A stretch of 63,030 bases of DNA, the filler included, from Hyphochytrium catenoides (taxonomy: Eukaryota > Protista > Hyphochytriomycota), in NCBI GenBank assembly GCA_900088475.1. It is 10 parts of 10 records of this genome, joined end to end, with 100 filler letters (N's around TTAATTAATTAA, not from the genome) between each part and the next. Parts side by side here need not be neighbours in the genome. Positions count along the whole stretch, not along the records: positions 61,189 to 63,030 come from FLMG01000888.1; 9 more parts are not named here. One strand, written 5' to 3'. Below, piece after piece: positions 62,044-63,030 of this stretch. Made by a program: the position numbers and the translations under genes. The notes beneath the pieces were generated by a model. The model worked only from the letters and a program-made list of their open reading frames with translations, did not search any database and had not been told where the DNA came from. Positions within the stretch are counted from its first letter, which is position 1, and every line of letters begins with the position of its first letter.

Positions 62044-62998
62044 TCACACACACTTGCCTCCTGTGAACCTTGTGCCGCTCTTACAACCACCCATCATGTT
62101 GAAAAAGCCGGCAAAAGATGAGACGCGGGTGTGAACGCCAGGATACGCATGGTTGCAGTCCCCGTCAGAGATTATTCCCACCACAGCTGGCACCGGGTTG
62201 TCAACGAACAGTGGTCCTCCTGAACAGTAGGAAAGAGTCAAAGTAGCATAAACAAAGAATTAGTACTCCGCTTCAGAAATAAATGGATCTCGACCTCATT
62301 TTTGGGGCCTTCCTAACCTTGATCTCCTAAACAAGCCTCCGTTCTAGTTCCGTAGGTGCAGATCATATAAGGCTGAATATAATACCACCCGATTTGAGGT
62401 AGCTGTTCGTCCCAGAGTAGCCTCCGGCATTCGGTAAGAGATATCTGCGTGACGGTTGCCTCGCGAAGAACTCTGTCGGGATAGCGCGGCCAATTAGTCT
62501 CGCCCCACCTGAAGGAAAAAGATGGTCAGTTACCTCAGAAATTGAGGCTATCTAGATCTCTAACAAGTGAGAGATGAAGGAAGTGATTCCTTTCTATTGC
62601 CACCACTCTGCGATATTTCCCTAGCCTATGTCGTAGATTCTAACTATTCCTCTTCGTACAGCGTATCGCCTGACACCACTCCCAAGCCCTCTTGTCTCTT
62701 GGTGCCGCTGGCGCTGCGGGTGATTGGGGTGAGCTCTTTTCATACCCGATAATCTTGAAGTTCTTGTGAACAGCTATGTTTGAGAAGCTGCCAGCGTCTA
62801 TCTCCGGGTAGGACGTCAACCGGGGGCCTCCCGATACTTTAAGGATGGCGATGTCATTCCTCATAGGATCCTCTGAATACCGAGAATGGACACGGATGCT
62901 CGTGACTTTCATCTTGATTCCCTGCTCCGTGGAATCGGACCAGTTATAGCGGTTACCTTCTACCGAAAAGCCTTGACATCGGTATGGCTGAACGCATC
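62044..62998 (-). CDS. Trypsin-family (S1A) serine protease homolog, probably non-catalytic, 5' part outside the window; exons 62998-62746, 62508-62318, 62219-62044
   Basis: IRVHSRY....NDIAILK, IIGWGET, LREATV, MIC, ACLGDQGGPL, VVGIIS.G.C...YPGVHTRVS. Confidence 0.88.
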
Positions 62999-63030
62999 CT
63001 GTGGGGTCCAAGAAGGAAGGCCAAGAGAGA

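Overview
Eukaryotic nuclear DNA, probably from a protist (lineage not determined; some motifs look stramenopile-like, which is inference only). The window is a pseudo-molecule of 10 unrelated scaffolds joined by nine 100-bp artificial linkers (44 N + TTAATTAATTAA + 44 N). Much of it is saturated with (CT)n/(AG)n microsatellites, so most ORFs in the track (poly-SL and poly-ER) are artefacts. By splicing GT-AG exons by hand I can support these genes: TrmO tRNA methyltransferase (8 exons), a YqaJ-like PD-(D/E)XK nuclease with a mitochondrial-type presequence, an LYR-motif protein, an HPAT/SERGT-like glycosyltransferase, a type I metacaspase with an LSD1-like zinc finger (partial), a large uncharacterised multi-exon gene (partial), a TKL kinase (partial), an S10 carboxypeptidase (partial), a lipocalin, SmE, a BAG6-like ubiquitin-domain protein, PRP8 (partial), and a trypsin homolog lacking its catalytic serine. 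The most interesting signals are: the intron-containing, apparently mitochondrial viral-type nuclease; a polarised 5'-(AG)n / 3'-(CT)n intron architecture that could base-pair across introns; a micro-exon plus a candidate recursive splice site; the pseudoprotease; a PIF1/Helitron relic; and a fold-back element. I found no rRNA, tRNA or CRISPR.
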